Program-made: the position numbers and the translations under genes | Part shown: positions 1 through 19,879 of the stretch, piece after piece | Numbering within the stretch: the first letter of the stretch is position 1 | Layout of the letters: each line of letters opens with the position of its first letter | The notes under the pieces: model-generated | Told to the model about the DNA's origin: nothing | Seen by the model: the letters and a program-made list of their open reading frames with translations, nothing else | Databases searched by the model: none | NCBI RefSeq assembly: GCF_054482595.1 | Contig: NZ_CM137008.1 | DNA length: 64,000 bases | Reading direction: 5' to 3' (one strand)

Positions 1-2940
1 GGAGGCGTGTTAGTCGATGAGAACAATAGCGCAGCAGGCTATGGAGATGGTCCTTCCTCTGCGGCGGGTGGCTTTATGTATCTCGGCTTAAGTGAAGTTA
101 CCTTTGATATTGCCGACGGAAAAACGCTGGTTATTGGCAATACAGAGAATGACGGAGCTGTTGACTCTATTGCTGGTACCGGGTTAATCACCAAAACAGG
201 TTCCGGCGATCTGGTACTTAATGCAGATAACAATGACTTTACTGGTGAGATGCAGATTGAAAACGGTGAAGTTATCCTGGGCCGCAGCAACTCCCTGATG
301 AATGTCGGCGATACTCATTGCCAGGACGATCCGCAAGACTGCTACGGTCTGACGATAGGGAGTATTGATAAGTACCAGAATCAGGCAGAGCTAAATGTTG
401 GCTCCACCCAACAAACTTTTGTGCACTCATTGACGGGCTTTCAGAATGGTACTTTAAATATCGATGCTGGTGGCAATGTTACTGTTAATGAAGGCAGTTT
501 TGCTGGCACCATCGAAGGTGCTGGTCAGCTCACCATTGCGCAAAACGGCAGCTATGTGCTGGCGGGAGCGTCGTCGATGGCGCTAACCGGCGATATAGTG
601 GTGGATGCTGGTGCGGTGCTTTCGCTGGAAGGCGACGCGGCAGATCTTGCCGCTCTCCAGGACGATCCGCAGTCGATCGTTTTAAACGGCGGTGTGCTCG
701 ATCTCTCTGATTTCTCCACCTGGCAGAGCGGTACATCATACAAAGATGGCCTTGAAGTCAGCGGCAGCAGCGGAACGGTTATCGGCAGTCAGGATGTGGT
801 AGATCTTGCAGGCGGAAACGATATGCATATCGGCGGTGACGGGAAAGATGGCGTCTACGTGGTGATCGATGCGGGTGACGGGCAGGTCCGCCTGGCAAAT
901 GACAATCAATACCTCGGCACAACGCAAATCGCCTCCGGTACGCTGATGGTGAGCGACAACTCGCAGCTTGGAGATACCCATTACAACCGCCAGGTTATCT
1001 TTACCGATAATCAACAAGAAAGCGTGATGGAGATTACTGCCAATGTCGATACTCGCTCTACAACGACTGAGCATGGGCGTGATATTGAAATGCGCGCCGA
1101 CGGTGAAGTGGCAGTTGATGCGGGGGTAGACACGCAGTGGGGCGCACTGATGGCTGACAGCAGCGGGCAACATCAGGATGAGGGTAGCACATTGACGAAA
1201 ACGGGGGCGGGTACACTGGAGCTGACCGCCAGCGGTACAACGCAGTCAGCGGTGAGAGTAGAAGAGGGCACGCTGCAAGGTGATGTTGCGGATATCTTCC
1301 CTTATGCTTCGTCGCTATGGGTCGGTGACGGGGCAACGTTCGTTACTGGCGCGGATCAGGATATTCAGTCAATTGATGCTACTTCCAGCGGCACTATCGA
1401 CATCAGCAATGGTACGGTTTTGCGCCTGACCGGGCAGGATACTTCCGTCGACCTTGATGCCTCACTGTTTAACGGCGATGGTACGCTGGTGAATGCCACC
1501 GATGGCGTGACATTGACAGGTGAGCTTAATACCAACCTTGAAACTGACAGCCTGACTTATCTTTCCGACGTAACAGTTAATGGCAATCTGACCAATACGA
1601 CCGGTGCGGTCAGCCTGCAAAATGGCGTCGCTGGCGATACGCTGACGGTAAACGGTGATTACACCGGCGGCGGTACGTTACTGTTCGACAGCGAATTAAA
1701 CGGCGATGACTCAGCAAGCGACCAGTTGGTGTTGAACGGTAATACTGCTGGCAACACAACTGTGGTGGTTAACTCCATTACAGGGATTGGTGAGCCGACA
1801 TCGACAGGCATTAAAGTGGTTGATTTCGCAGCTGATCCCACGCAGTTTCAAAACAATGCGCAGTTCAGTCTGGCAGGCAGCGGCTACGTCAACATGGGAG
1901 CGTATGACTACACGCTGGTGGAAGATAACAACGACTGGTATCTGCGATCGCAAGAAGTAACGCCGCCATCGCCACCTGATCCAGACCCGGACCCAACCCC
2001 CGATCCTGACCCAACACCCGATCCAATCCCCGCTTACCAGCCGGTGTTGAATGCCAAAGTTGGCGGTTATCTCAATAACCTGCGGGCGGCAAATCAGGCG
2101 TTTATGATGGAGCGACGCGATCACGCTGGTGGCGATGGTCAGACGCTGAATTTACGTGTTATCGGCGGAGATTATCATTACACAGCGGCAGGGCAACTGG
2201 CTCAGCATGAAGACACTTCTACGGTGCAGCTTAGCGGTGACCTGTTTAGGGGGCGCTGGGGCACGGATGGCGAGTGGATGCTTGGGATTGTTGGTGGCTA
2301 CAGCGATAACCAGGGCGACAGCCGCTCGAGTATGACCGGAACTCGCGCCGATAACCAGAACCACGGTTATGCCGTTGGGCTAACCTCAAGCTGGTTTCAG
2401 CACGGTAATCAGAAGCAGGGGGCCTGGCTGGATAACTGGTTGCAGTACGCGTGGTTTAGCAATGATGTTTCTGAACATGAAGATGGCGTGGATCATTACC
2501 ATTCGTCGGGGATTATCGCCTCGCTGGAAGCGGGGTATCAGTGGTTACCGGGGCGTGGTGTGGTGATTGAACCGCAGGCGCAGGTGATTTATCAGGGCGT
2601 GCAGCAGGATGATTTTACCGCCGCTAACCGTGCGCGCGTGTCACAATCGCAGGGTGATGATATTCAGACGCGGCTGGGTTTACACAGCGAATGGCGTACC
2701 GCTGTTCATGTCATACCAACATTAGATCTGAATTATTATCACGATCCCCATTCGACGGAAATTGAAGAGGATGGCAGCACTATCAGTGACGATGCGGTGA
2801 AGCAACGGGGTGAAATAAAAGTGGGAGTCACGGGCAATATCAGTCAGCGAGTGTCCCTGCGCGGCAGCGTGGCGTGGCAGAAAGGGAGTGATGATTTTGC
2901 CCAGACGGCAGGGTTTTTGTCGATGACGGTGAAATGGTAA
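1..2940 (+). CDS. yfaL: AIDA-type autotransporter adhesin YfaL, C-terminal ~977 aa (5' end outside window)
   Basis: Long ORF in frame from window start; Gly/Thr/Asn-rich passenger repeats, PDPDPTPDPDP linker, C-terminal beta-barrel-like domain ending in W; synteny next to ubiG/gyrA. Confidence 0.85.
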   Translation, partial: GGVLVDENNSAAGYGDGPSSAAGGFMYLGLSEVTFDIADGKTLVIGNTENDGAVDSIAGTGLITKTGSGDLVLNADNNDFTGEMQIENGEVILGRSNSLMNVGDTHCQDDPQDCYGLTIGSIDKYQNQAELNVGSTQQTFVHSLTGFQNGTLNIDAGGNVTVNEGSFAGTIEGAGQLTIAQNGSYVLAGASSMALTGDIVVDAGAVLSLEGDAADLAALQDDPQSIVLNGGVLDLSDFSTWQSGTSYKDGLEVSGSSGTVIGSQDVVDLAGGNDMHIGGDGKDGVYVVIDAGDGQVRLANDNQYLGTTQIASGTLMVSDNSQLGDTHYNRQVIFTDNQQESVMEITANVDTRSTTTEHGRDIEMRADGEVAVDAGVDTQWGALMADSSGQHQDEGSTLTKTGAGTLELTASGTTQSAVRVEEGTLQGDVADIFPYASSLWVGDGATFVTGADQDIQSIDATSSGTIDISNGTVLRLTGQDTSVDLDASLFNGDGTLVNATDGVTLTGELNTNLETDSLTYLSDVTVNGNLTNTTGAVSLQNGVAGDTLTVNGDYTGGGTLLFDSELNGDDSASDQLVLNGNTAGNTTVVVNSITGIGEPTSTGIKVVDFAADPTQFQNNAQFSLAGSGYVNMGAYDYTLVEDNNDWYLRSQEVTPPSPPDPDPDPTPDPDPTPDPIPAYQPVLNAKVGGYLNNLRAANQAFMMERRDHAGGDGQTLNLRVIGGDYHYTAAGQLAQHEDTSTVQLSGDLFRGRWGTDGEWMLGIVGGYSDNQGDSRSSMTGTRADNQNHGYAVGLTSSWFQHGNQKQGAWLDNWLQYAWFSNDVSEHEDGVDHYHSSGIIASLEAGYQWLPGRGVVIEPQAQVIYQGVQQDDFTAANRARVSQSQGDDIQTRLGLHSEWRTAVHVIPTLDLNYYHDPHSTEIEEDGSTISDDAVKQRGEIKVGVTGNISQRVSLRGSVAWQKGSDDFAQTAGFLSMTVKW

Positions 2941-2949
2941 TCGCTGTCT

Positions 2950-3075
2950 GACCATCACTATTGCCGGATGCGGCGTAAACGCCTTATCTGGCCTACGGAG
3001 AGCATTTGTAGGCCTGATAAGACGCGGCAAGCGTCGCATCAGGCATTGGCGCGGTTGCCGGATGAATCCAAACAA
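2950..3075. repeat. REP/BIME palindromic units (GCCGGATGCGGCGTAAACGCCTTATC-type)
   Basis: Characteristic REP consensus read in the yfaL-ubiG intergenic. Confidence 0.8.
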
Positions 3076-3080
3076 CAACC

Positions 3081-3803
3081 TCACTTATTCTGCGTGTGCA
3101 GCATATAGTTCACATCCACGCCGGGGCCGAGTTTAAAAGTATTAGTGATCGGGTTGTAATGTAGCCCGGTTATATGTCGCTCTTTAAGGCTTGTCTGATC
3201 TACCCAGCCAAGCAGCTCTGCCGGTTTAATAAACTTCTTCACATCATGCGTGCCTTTGGGCACCATGCGCAAAATATATTCCGCGCCAACCACCGCCATC
3301 AGCCATGACTTGCCGTTGCGGTTAAGCGTCGAGAAAAAGACATCGCCGCCCGGTTTCACCAGTTGCGCACAGGCTCTGACCACTGACTGCGGATCAGGGA
3401 CGTGCTCCAGCATCTCCATGCAGGTCACCACATCATACTGCCCGGCATGTTTTGCCGCGTGCTCTTCCACGGTTTCCTGCACGTAATCCACCTGAATGCC
3501 GCTTTCCAGCGCGTGCAGCTTTGCCACCTGCAATGGCTCAAAGCCCATATCCAGACCGGTCACCGTCGCGCCTTCGCGCGCCATACTCTCGGCCAGAATG
3601 CCGCCGCCACAACCGACATCGAGCACCTTTTTGCCAAATAAACCGCCAGCACGCTCGGCAATATAGCCCAGACGCAGCGGGTTAATGCGGTGCAGCGGTT
3701 TGAACTCACCTTCCAGATCCCACCAGCGGGAGGCGACGGCTTCAAATTTAGCGATCTCTTCGTGGTCTACGTTATGGTTTACCGGCGATTTTTCGGCATT
3801 CAT
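3081..3803 (-). CDS. ubiG: Ubiquinone biosynthesis O-methyltransferase UbiG (240 aa from MNAEKSP)
   Basis: Translation matches UbiG, SAM-binding VLDVGCGGG motif; ORF-track N-terminal extension trimmed to MNAEK start. Confidence 0.93.
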
Positions 3804-3949
3804 TGGCACTTCTACTCCGTAATTGGCAAGACAAACGAGTATATCAGGCATTGGATGTGAATAAAGCGTATAGGTTTACCTCAATCTGCGCGGCTGTGTT
3901 ATAATTTGCGACCTTTGAATCCGGGATACAGTAGAGGGATAGCGGTTAG

Positions 3950-6577
3950 ATGAGCGACCTTGCGAGAGAAATTACACCGGTCAACATTGAGGAAGAGCTG
4001 AAGAGCTCCTATCTGGATTATGCGATGTCGGTCATTGTTGGCCGTGCGCTGCCAGATGTCCGAGATGGCCTGAAGCCGGTACACCGTCGCGTACTTTACG
4101 CCATGAACGTACTAGGCAATGACTGGAACAAAGCCTATAAAAAATCTGCCCGTGTCGTTGGTGACGTAATCGGTAAATACCATCCCCATGGTGACTTGGC
4201 GGTTTATAACACGATCGTCCGTATGGCGCAGCCATTCTCGCTGCGTTACATGCTGGTAGACGGTCAGGGTAACTTCGGTTCCATCGACGGCGACTCTGCG
4301 GCGGCAATGCGTTATACGGAAATCCGTCTGGCGAAAATTGCCCATGAACTGATGGCCGATCTCGAAAAAGAGACGGTCGATTTCGTTGATAACTATGACG
4401 GCACGGAAAAAATTCCCGACGTCATGCCAACCAAAATTCCTAACCTGCTGGTGAACGGTTCTTCCGGTATCGCCGTAGGTATGGCAACCAACATCCCGCC
4501 GCACAACCTGACGGAAGTCATCAATGGTTGTCTGGCGTATATCGATGATGAGGACATCAGCATTGAAGGGCTGATGGAACACATTCCGGGGCCAGATTTC
4601 CCGACGGCGGCAATCATCAACGGTCGTCGCGGTATCGAAGAAGCTTACCGTACCGGTCGCGGCAAGGTATATATCCGCGCCCGTGCTGAAGTGGAAGTTG
4701 ACGCCAAAACCGGACGTGAAACCATTATCGTCCACGAAATTCCGTATCAGGTGAACAAAGCGCGCCTGATCGAGAAGATTGCGGAACTGGTAAAAGAAAA
4801 ACGCGTGGAAGGCATCAGCGCGCTGCGTGACGAGTCTGACAAAGACGGTATGCGCATCGTGATTGAAGTGAAACGCGATGCGGTCGGTGAAGTGGTACTC
4901 AACAACCTCTACTCCCAGACCCAGTTGCAGGTTTCCTTCGGTATCAACATGGTGGCATTGCACCATGGTCAGCCGAAGATCATGAACCTGAAAGACATCA
5001 TCGCTGCGTTTGTTCGTCACCGCCGCGAAGTAGTGACCCGTCGTACTATTTTCGAACTGCGTAAAGCTCGCGACCGTGCGCATATCCTTGAAGCATTAGC
5101 CGTGGCGCTGGCGAACATCGACCCGATCATCGAACTGATCCGTCATGCGCCTACGCCTGCAGAAGCGAAAACCGCGCTGGTTGCTAATCCGTGGCAGCTG
5201 GGCAACGTTGCCGCGATGCTGGAACGTGCTGGCGACGATGCTGCGCGTCCGGAATGGCTGGAGCCAGAGTTCGGCGTGCGTGATGGTCTGTACTACCTGA
5301 CCGAACAGCAAGCTCAGGCGATTCTGGATCTGCGTTTGCAGAAACTGACCGGCCTTGAGCACGAAAAACTGCTCGACGAATACAAAGAGCTGCTGGATCA
5401 GATCGCGGAACTGTTGCGTATTCTTGGTAGCGCCGATCGTCTGATGGAAGTGATCCGTGAAGAGCTGGAGCTAGTTCGTGAACAGTTCGGTGACAAACGT
5501 CGTACTGAAATCACCGCCAACAGCGCAGACATCAACCTGGAAGATCTGATCACCCAGGAAGATGTGGTCGTGACGCTCTCTCACCAGGGCTACGTTAAAT
5601 ATCAGCCGCTTTCTGAATACGAAGCGCAGCGTCGTGGCGGGAAAGGTAAATCTGCCGCACGTATTAAAGAAGAAGACTTTATCGACCGACTGCTGGTGGC
5701 GAACACGCACGACCATATTCTGTGCTTCTCCAGCCGTGGTCGCGTCTATTCGATGAAAGTTTACCAGTTGCCGGAGGCCACTCGTGGCGCGCGCGGTCGT
5801 CCGATCGTCAACCTGCTGCCGCTGGAGCAGGACGAACGTATCACCGCGATCCTGCCGGTGACCGAGTTTGAAGAAGGAGTGAAAGTCTTCATGGCGACCG
5901 CTAACGGTACTGTGAAGAAAACCGTCCTCACCGAATTCAACCGTCTGCGTACCGCCGGTAAAGTGGCGATCAAACTGGTTGACGGCGATGAGCTGATCGG
6001 CGTTGATCTGACCAGTGGCGAAGATGAAGTAATGCTGTTCTCCGCCGAAGGTAAAGTGGTGCGCTTTAAAGAGTCTTCCGTCCGTGCGATGGGCTGCAAC
6101 ACCACCGGTGTGCGCGGTATCCGTTTAGGCGAAGGCGATAAAGTGGTCTCTCTGATCGTGCCTCGTGGCGATGGCGCAATCCTCACCGCAACGCAGAACG
6201 GTTATGGTAAACGTACCGCAGTGGCGGAATACCCAACCAAGTCGCGTGCGACGAAAGGGGTTATCTCCATCAAGGTTACCGAACGTAACGGTTTAGTGGT
6301 TGGCGCGGTGCAGGTAGATGACTGCGACCAGATCATGATGATCACCGATGCCGGTACGCTGGTACGTACTCGCGTTTCGGAAATCAGCATCGTGGGCCGT
6401 AACACCCAGGGCGTGATCCTCATCCGTACTGCGGAAGATGAAAACGTAGTGGGTCTGCAACGTGTTGCTGAACCGGTTGACGAGGAAGATCTGGATACCA
6501 TCGACGGCAGTGCCGCGGAAGGGGACGATGAAATCGCTCCGGAAGTGGACGTTGACGACGAGCCAGAAGAAGAATAA
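3950..6577 (+). CDS. gyrA: DNA gyrase subunit A
   Basis: 875 aa; N-terminal [51 protein letters not shown] region, acidic C-terminal tail. Confidence 0.98.
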   Translation: MSDLAREITPVNIEEELKSSYLDYAMSVIVGRALPDVRDGLKPVHRRVLYAMNVLGNDWNKAYKKSARVVGDVIGKYHPHGDLAVYNTIVRMAQPFSLRYMLVDGQGNFGSIDGDSAAAMRYTEIRLAKIAHELMADLEKETVDFVDNYDGTEKIPDVMPTKIPNLLVNGSSGIAVGMATNIPPHNLTEVINGCLAYIDDEDISIEGLMEHIPGPDFPTAAIINGRRGIEEAYRTGRGKVYIRARAEVEVDAKTGRETIIVHEIPYQVNKARLIEKIAELVKEKRVEGISALRDESDKDGMRIVIEVKRDAVGEVVLNNLYSQTQLQVSFGINMVALHHGQPKIMNLKDIIAAFVRHRREVVTRRTIFELRKARDRAHILEALAVALANIDPIIELIRHAPTPAEAKTALVANPWQLGNVAAMLERAGDDAARPEWLEPEFGVRDGLYYLTEQQAQAILDLRLQKLTGLEHEKLLDEYKELLDQIAELLRILGSADRLMEVIREELELVREQFGDKRRTEITANSADINLEDLITQEDVVVTLSHQGYVKYQPLSEYEAQRRGGKGKSAARIKEEDFIDRLLVANTHDHILCFSSRGRVYSMKVYQLPEATRGARGRPIVNLLPLEQDERITAILPVTEFEEGVKVFMATANGTVKKTVLTEFNRLRTAGKVAIKLVDGDELIGVDLTSGEDEVMLFSAEGKVVRFKESSVRAMGCNTTGVRGIRLGEGDKVVSLIVPRGDGAILTATQNGYGKRTAVAEYPTKSRATKGVISIKVTERNGLVVGAVQVDDCDQIMMITDAGTLVRTRVSEISIVGRNTQGVILIRTAEDENVVGLQRVAEPVDEEDLDTIDGSAAEGDDEIAPEVDVDDEPEEE

Positions 6578-6594
6578 TTTTACTTCTTCATGCC

Positions 6595-6619
6595 AAAAGG
6601 GAGCTATCTCCCTTGTTTG
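6595..6619 (+). terminator. Rho-independent terminator after gyrA
   Basis: GGGAG-CTAT-CTCCC hairpin followed by TTGTTTG. Confidence 0.6.
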
Positions 6620-6725
6620 AATTGAAAAGTCCAGGCTGCAAAGTCTGGGCTTTTGTCGTATTAGGGCGCGGTAAAGTTTGGCTGTGCCCGTAAAAAATGG
6701 CTGGCTATACACAAGGAATGTGGCA

Positions 6726-13572
<6,847 letters not shown>

Positions 13573-15222
13573 GTGAACTGGCGCAGAATCGTCTGGCTAT
13601 TGGCGTTGGTTACTCTGCCAACGCTTGCGGAGGAGACGCCGTTACAACTGGCACTGCGCGGTGCGCAGCACGATCAACTGTATCAGCTGTCGTCATCAGG
13701 CGTGACCAAAGCCTCGACATTACCTGACTCGCTCACCACGCCGTTAGGGAGTTTGTGGAAACTGTATGTTTACGCCTGGCTGGAGGATACCCATCAACCG
13801 GAGCAGCCCTACCAGTGTCGCGGAAACTCCCCGGAAGAGGTTTATTGTTGTCAGGCTGGGGAGAGCATAACGCGCGATACCGCGCTGGTACGTTCCTGTG
13901 GGCTCTATTTTGCGCCGCAGCGGTTGCATATTGGCGCAGATGTGTGGGGGCAATACTGGCAACAGCGTCAGGCACCTGCGTGGTTAGCGTCTCTTACTAC
14001 GCTGAAGCCAGAAACCTCGGTAACGGTTAAATCGCTGCTTGATTCATTAGCGACGTTACCTGCGCAAAACAAAGCTCAGGAAGTCTTACTGGATGTGGTG
14101 CTGGACGAGGCGAAAATCGGTGTCGCATCCATGCTCGGTAGTCGGGTACGGGTGAAAACCTGGAGCTGGTTTGCCGATGATAAACAGGAAATCCGTCAGG
14201 GTGGTTTTGCTGGCTGGTTAACCGATGGTACACCGCTGTGGGTTACTGGCAGTGGCACCAGCAAAACGGTACTGACCCGTTATGCGACGGTGCTTAATCG
14301 GGTTTTGCCAGTGCCGACACAAGTTGCCAGTGGGCAATGTGTAGAGGTGGAGCTATTTGCGCGCTATCCGCTGAAGAAAATCACAGCGGAAAAGAGTACG
14401 ACGGCAGTAAAACCCGGCGTACTTAATGGGCGCTATCGTGTGACCTTTACCAATGGTAACCACATTACGTTTGTCAGCCACGGTGAGACGACTTTACTGA
14501 ACGAAAAGGGCAAACTGAAATTGCAGTCGCATCTCGATCGTGAAGAGTACGTTGCCAGAGTTCTGGATCGCGAGGCGAAAAGTACGCCACCTGAGGCAGC
14601 GAAAGCCATGACCGTGGCGATACGCACTTTTTTACAGCAAAACGCCAATCGGGAAGGCGATTGCCTGACCATCCCCGACAGCAGCGCCACGCAGCGTGTT
14701 TCTGCTTCGCCAGCTACCACGGGGGCGCGAACGATGACCGCCTGGACGCAGGATCTCATCTATGCGGGCGATCCGGTTCATTATCACGGCAGTCGCGCTA
14801 CCGAAGGGACGCTTTCCTGGCGGCAAGCCATGGCCCAGGCGGGGCAGGGAGATCGTTACGACCAGATACTCGCGTTTGCTTATCCCGACAACAGCCTTAG
14901 CCGCTGGGGAGCGCCACGCTCAACCTGTCAGTTATTACCCAAAGCGAAAGCCTGGCTGGCGAAAAAAATGCCGCAGTGGCGGCGTATATTACAAGGCGAG
15001 ACGGGGTACAACGAACCAGACGTGTTTGCGGTCTGTCGTTTAGTCTCAGGTTTCCCCTATACCGATCGGCAGCAGAAACGGCTGTTTATTCGTAACTTCT
15101 TTACGCTTCAGGATCGGCTGGATTTAACCCATGAGTATCTGCACCTGGCCTTTGATGGTTATCCCACCGGGCTTGATGAGAACTATATCGAAACGCTGAC
15201 CCGACAATTATTAATGGACTAA
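13573..15222 (+). CDS. yfaQ: YfaQ (DUF2300 family), secreted
   Basis: Adjacent to yfaS stop; GTG start; N-terminal signal peptide. Confidence 0.8.
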   Translation: MNWRRIVWLLALVTLPTLAEETPLQLALRGAQHDQLYQLSSSGVTKASTLPDSLTTPLGSLWKLYVYAWLEDTHQPEQPYQCRGNSPEEVYCCQAGESITRDTALVRSCGLYFAPQRLHIGADVWGQYWQQRQAPAWLASLTTLKPETSVTVKSLLDSLATLPAQNKAQEVLLDVVLDEAKIGVASMLGSRVRVKTWSWFADDKQEIRQGGFAGWLTDGTPLWVTGSGTSKTVLTRYATVLNRVLPVPTQVASGQCVEVELFARYPLKKITAEKSTTAVKPGVLNGRYRVTFTNGNHITFVSHGETTLLNEKGKLKLQSHLDREEYVARVLDREAKSTPPEAAKAMTVAIRTFLQQNANREGDCLTIPDSSATQRVSASPATTGARTMTAWTQDLIYAGDPVHYHGSRATEGTLSWRQAMAQAGQGDRYDQILAFAYPDNSLSRWGAPRSTCQLLPKAKAWLAKKMPQWRRILQGETGYNEPDVFAVCRLVSGFPYTDRQQKRLFIRNFFTLQDRLDLTHEYLHLAFDGYPTGLDENYIETLTRQLLMD

Positions 15223-15226
15223 TGCT

Positions 15227-16003
15227 ATGCGAAAGATTTTTCTTCCGTTGTTACTGGTGGCGCTTTCGCCTGTCGCTCACAGTGAAGGTGTGCAGGAAGT
15301 CGAGATTGACGCACCGCTCTCAGGCTGGCATCCGGCAGAGGGCGAAGATGCCAGTTTTTCACAATCGATCAATTACCCGGCGTCGTCCGTCAACATGGCA
15401 GATGATCAAAATATCTCAGCGCAGATCCACGGCAAAATAAAGAATTATGCTGCGGCGGGTAAAGTTCAGCAGGGCCGGCTGGTGGTCAACGGTGCCAGTA
15501 TGCCGCAGAGAATTGAATCCGATGGTTCATTTGCACGCCCTTATATTTTCACTGAAGGCAGCAACAGCGTGCAGGTCATCAGCCCGGATGGGCAAAGCCG
15601 ACAAAAAATGCAGTTTTACTCAACGCCGGGTACAGGAACGATTCGTGCACGTTTACGGCTGGTTCTCTCGTGGGATACGGACAATACCGATCTCGATCTC
15701 CATGTTGTCACGCCCGATGGCGAACACGCCTGGTACGGTAACACGGTGCTGAAAAACAGTGGTGCACTGGATATGGATGTCACGACGGGGTACGGACCCG
15801 AGATTTTCGCCATGCCAGCGCCAGTTCACGGACGCTATCAGGTGTATATCAACTACTATGGTGGGCGCAGCGAAACGGAATTAACCACCGCCCAACTGAC
15901 GCTGATCACCGATGAAGGATCGGTCAATGAGAAACAGGAAACATTTATTGTACCGATGCGTAATGCTGGCGAGCTGACGCTGGTGAAAAGTTTTGACTGG
16001 TGA
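15227..16003 (+). CDS. yfaP: YfaP (DUF2135 family), secreted
   Basis: Signal peptide MRKIFLPLLLVALSPVAHS; synteny. Confidence 0.8.
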   Translation: MRKIFLPLLLVALSPVAHSEGVQEVEIDAPLSGWHPAEGEDASFSQSINYPASSVNMADDQNISAQIHGKIKNYAAAGKVQQGRLVVNGASMPQRIESDGSFARPYIFTEGSNSVQVISPDGQSRQKMQFYSTPGTGTIRARLRLVLSWDTDNTDLDLHVVTPDGEHAWYGNTVLKNSGALDMDVTTGYGPEIFAMPAPVHGRYQVYINYYGGRSETELTTAQLTLITDEGSVNEKQETFIVPMRNAGELTLVKSFDW

Positions 16004-16277
16004 TCCATCCCTTCACACAACCTGGCTCTTTCTTTTTTCAGATAAGACTGCTGGGCGATTTGCCGACGCCAGGATATAACCATTAACAATCGTCGGCAGA
16101 TTGGTCATTTCTTATTTTTCGTACTGAGAACTGTCCATTTACTCCGGCTTTCCTGGTTAAGGCAATGGTTTCTAAGCGATACGCATTATTGCAATGGTGA
16201 CAGAACATTGCGGTAACACGCTTTTACCGCTACCTTAACCACACTCCATCGGTCACCTGAGGCGGAGCTTCGCCCCT

Positions 16278-19212
<2,935 letters not shown>

Positions 19213-19863
19213 TTAGTCTTTATCTGCCGGACTTAACGTCACTGAAGAGAGATAATTCAGCAGGGCGATATCGTTCTCGACACCCAGCTTCATCATCGCA
19301 GATTTCTTCTGGCTACTGATGGTTTTAATACTGCGGTTTAGCTTTTTAGCGATCTCGGTCACCAGGAAGCCTTCCGCAAACAGGCGCAGAACTTCACTCT
19401 CTTTTGGCGAGAGACGTTTGTCACCGTAACCACCAGCACTGATTTTTTCCAACAGGCGAGAAACGCTTTCCGGGGTAAATTTCTTCCCTTTCTGCAGCGC
19501 GGCGAGAGCTTTCGGCAGATCGGTCGGTGCACCTTGTTTCAGCACGATCCCTTCGATATCCAGATCCAATACCGCACTAAGAATCGCCGGGTTGTTGTTC
19601 ATAGTCAGAACAATGATCGACAGGCTTGGGAAATGGCGCTTGATGTACTTAATTAAGGTAATGCCATCGCCGTACTTATCGCCAGGCATGGAGAGATCGG
19701 TAATCAACACATGCGCATCCAGTTTCGGCAGGTTGTTGATCAGTGCTGTAGAGTCTTCAAATTCGCCGACAACATTCACCCACTCAATTTGCTCAAGTGA
19801 TTTGCGAATACCGAACAAGACTATCGGATGGTCATCGGCAATAATTACGTTCATATTGTTCAT
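19213..19863 (-). CDS. rcsB: Response regulator RcsB (216 aa)
   Basis: MNNMNVIIADDHPIVLFGIRKSL... receiver plus LuxR-type HTH; start trimmed from ORF-track 231 aa. Confidence 0.97.
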   Translation of the reverse strand: MNNMNVIIADDHPIVLFGIRKSLEQIEWVNVVGEFEDSTALINNLPKLDAHVLITDLSMPGDKYGDGITLIKYIKRHFPSLSIIVLTMNNNPAILSAVLDLDIEGIVLKQGAPTDLPKALAALQKGKKFTPESVSRLLEKISAGGYGDKRLSPKESEVLRLFAEGFLVTEIAKKLNRSIKTISSQKKSAMMKLGVENDIALLNYLSSVTLSPADKD

Positions 19864-19879
19864 GTAATAGGCTACCTTG

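Noticed and set aside
4112-5083. 323-aa minus-strand ORF inside gyrA (and similar antisense ORFs at 5761..6186, 6293..6712)
   Set aside because: Entirely antisense to the well-supported gyrA coding sequence; typical spurious ORFs in GC-rich coding DNA.
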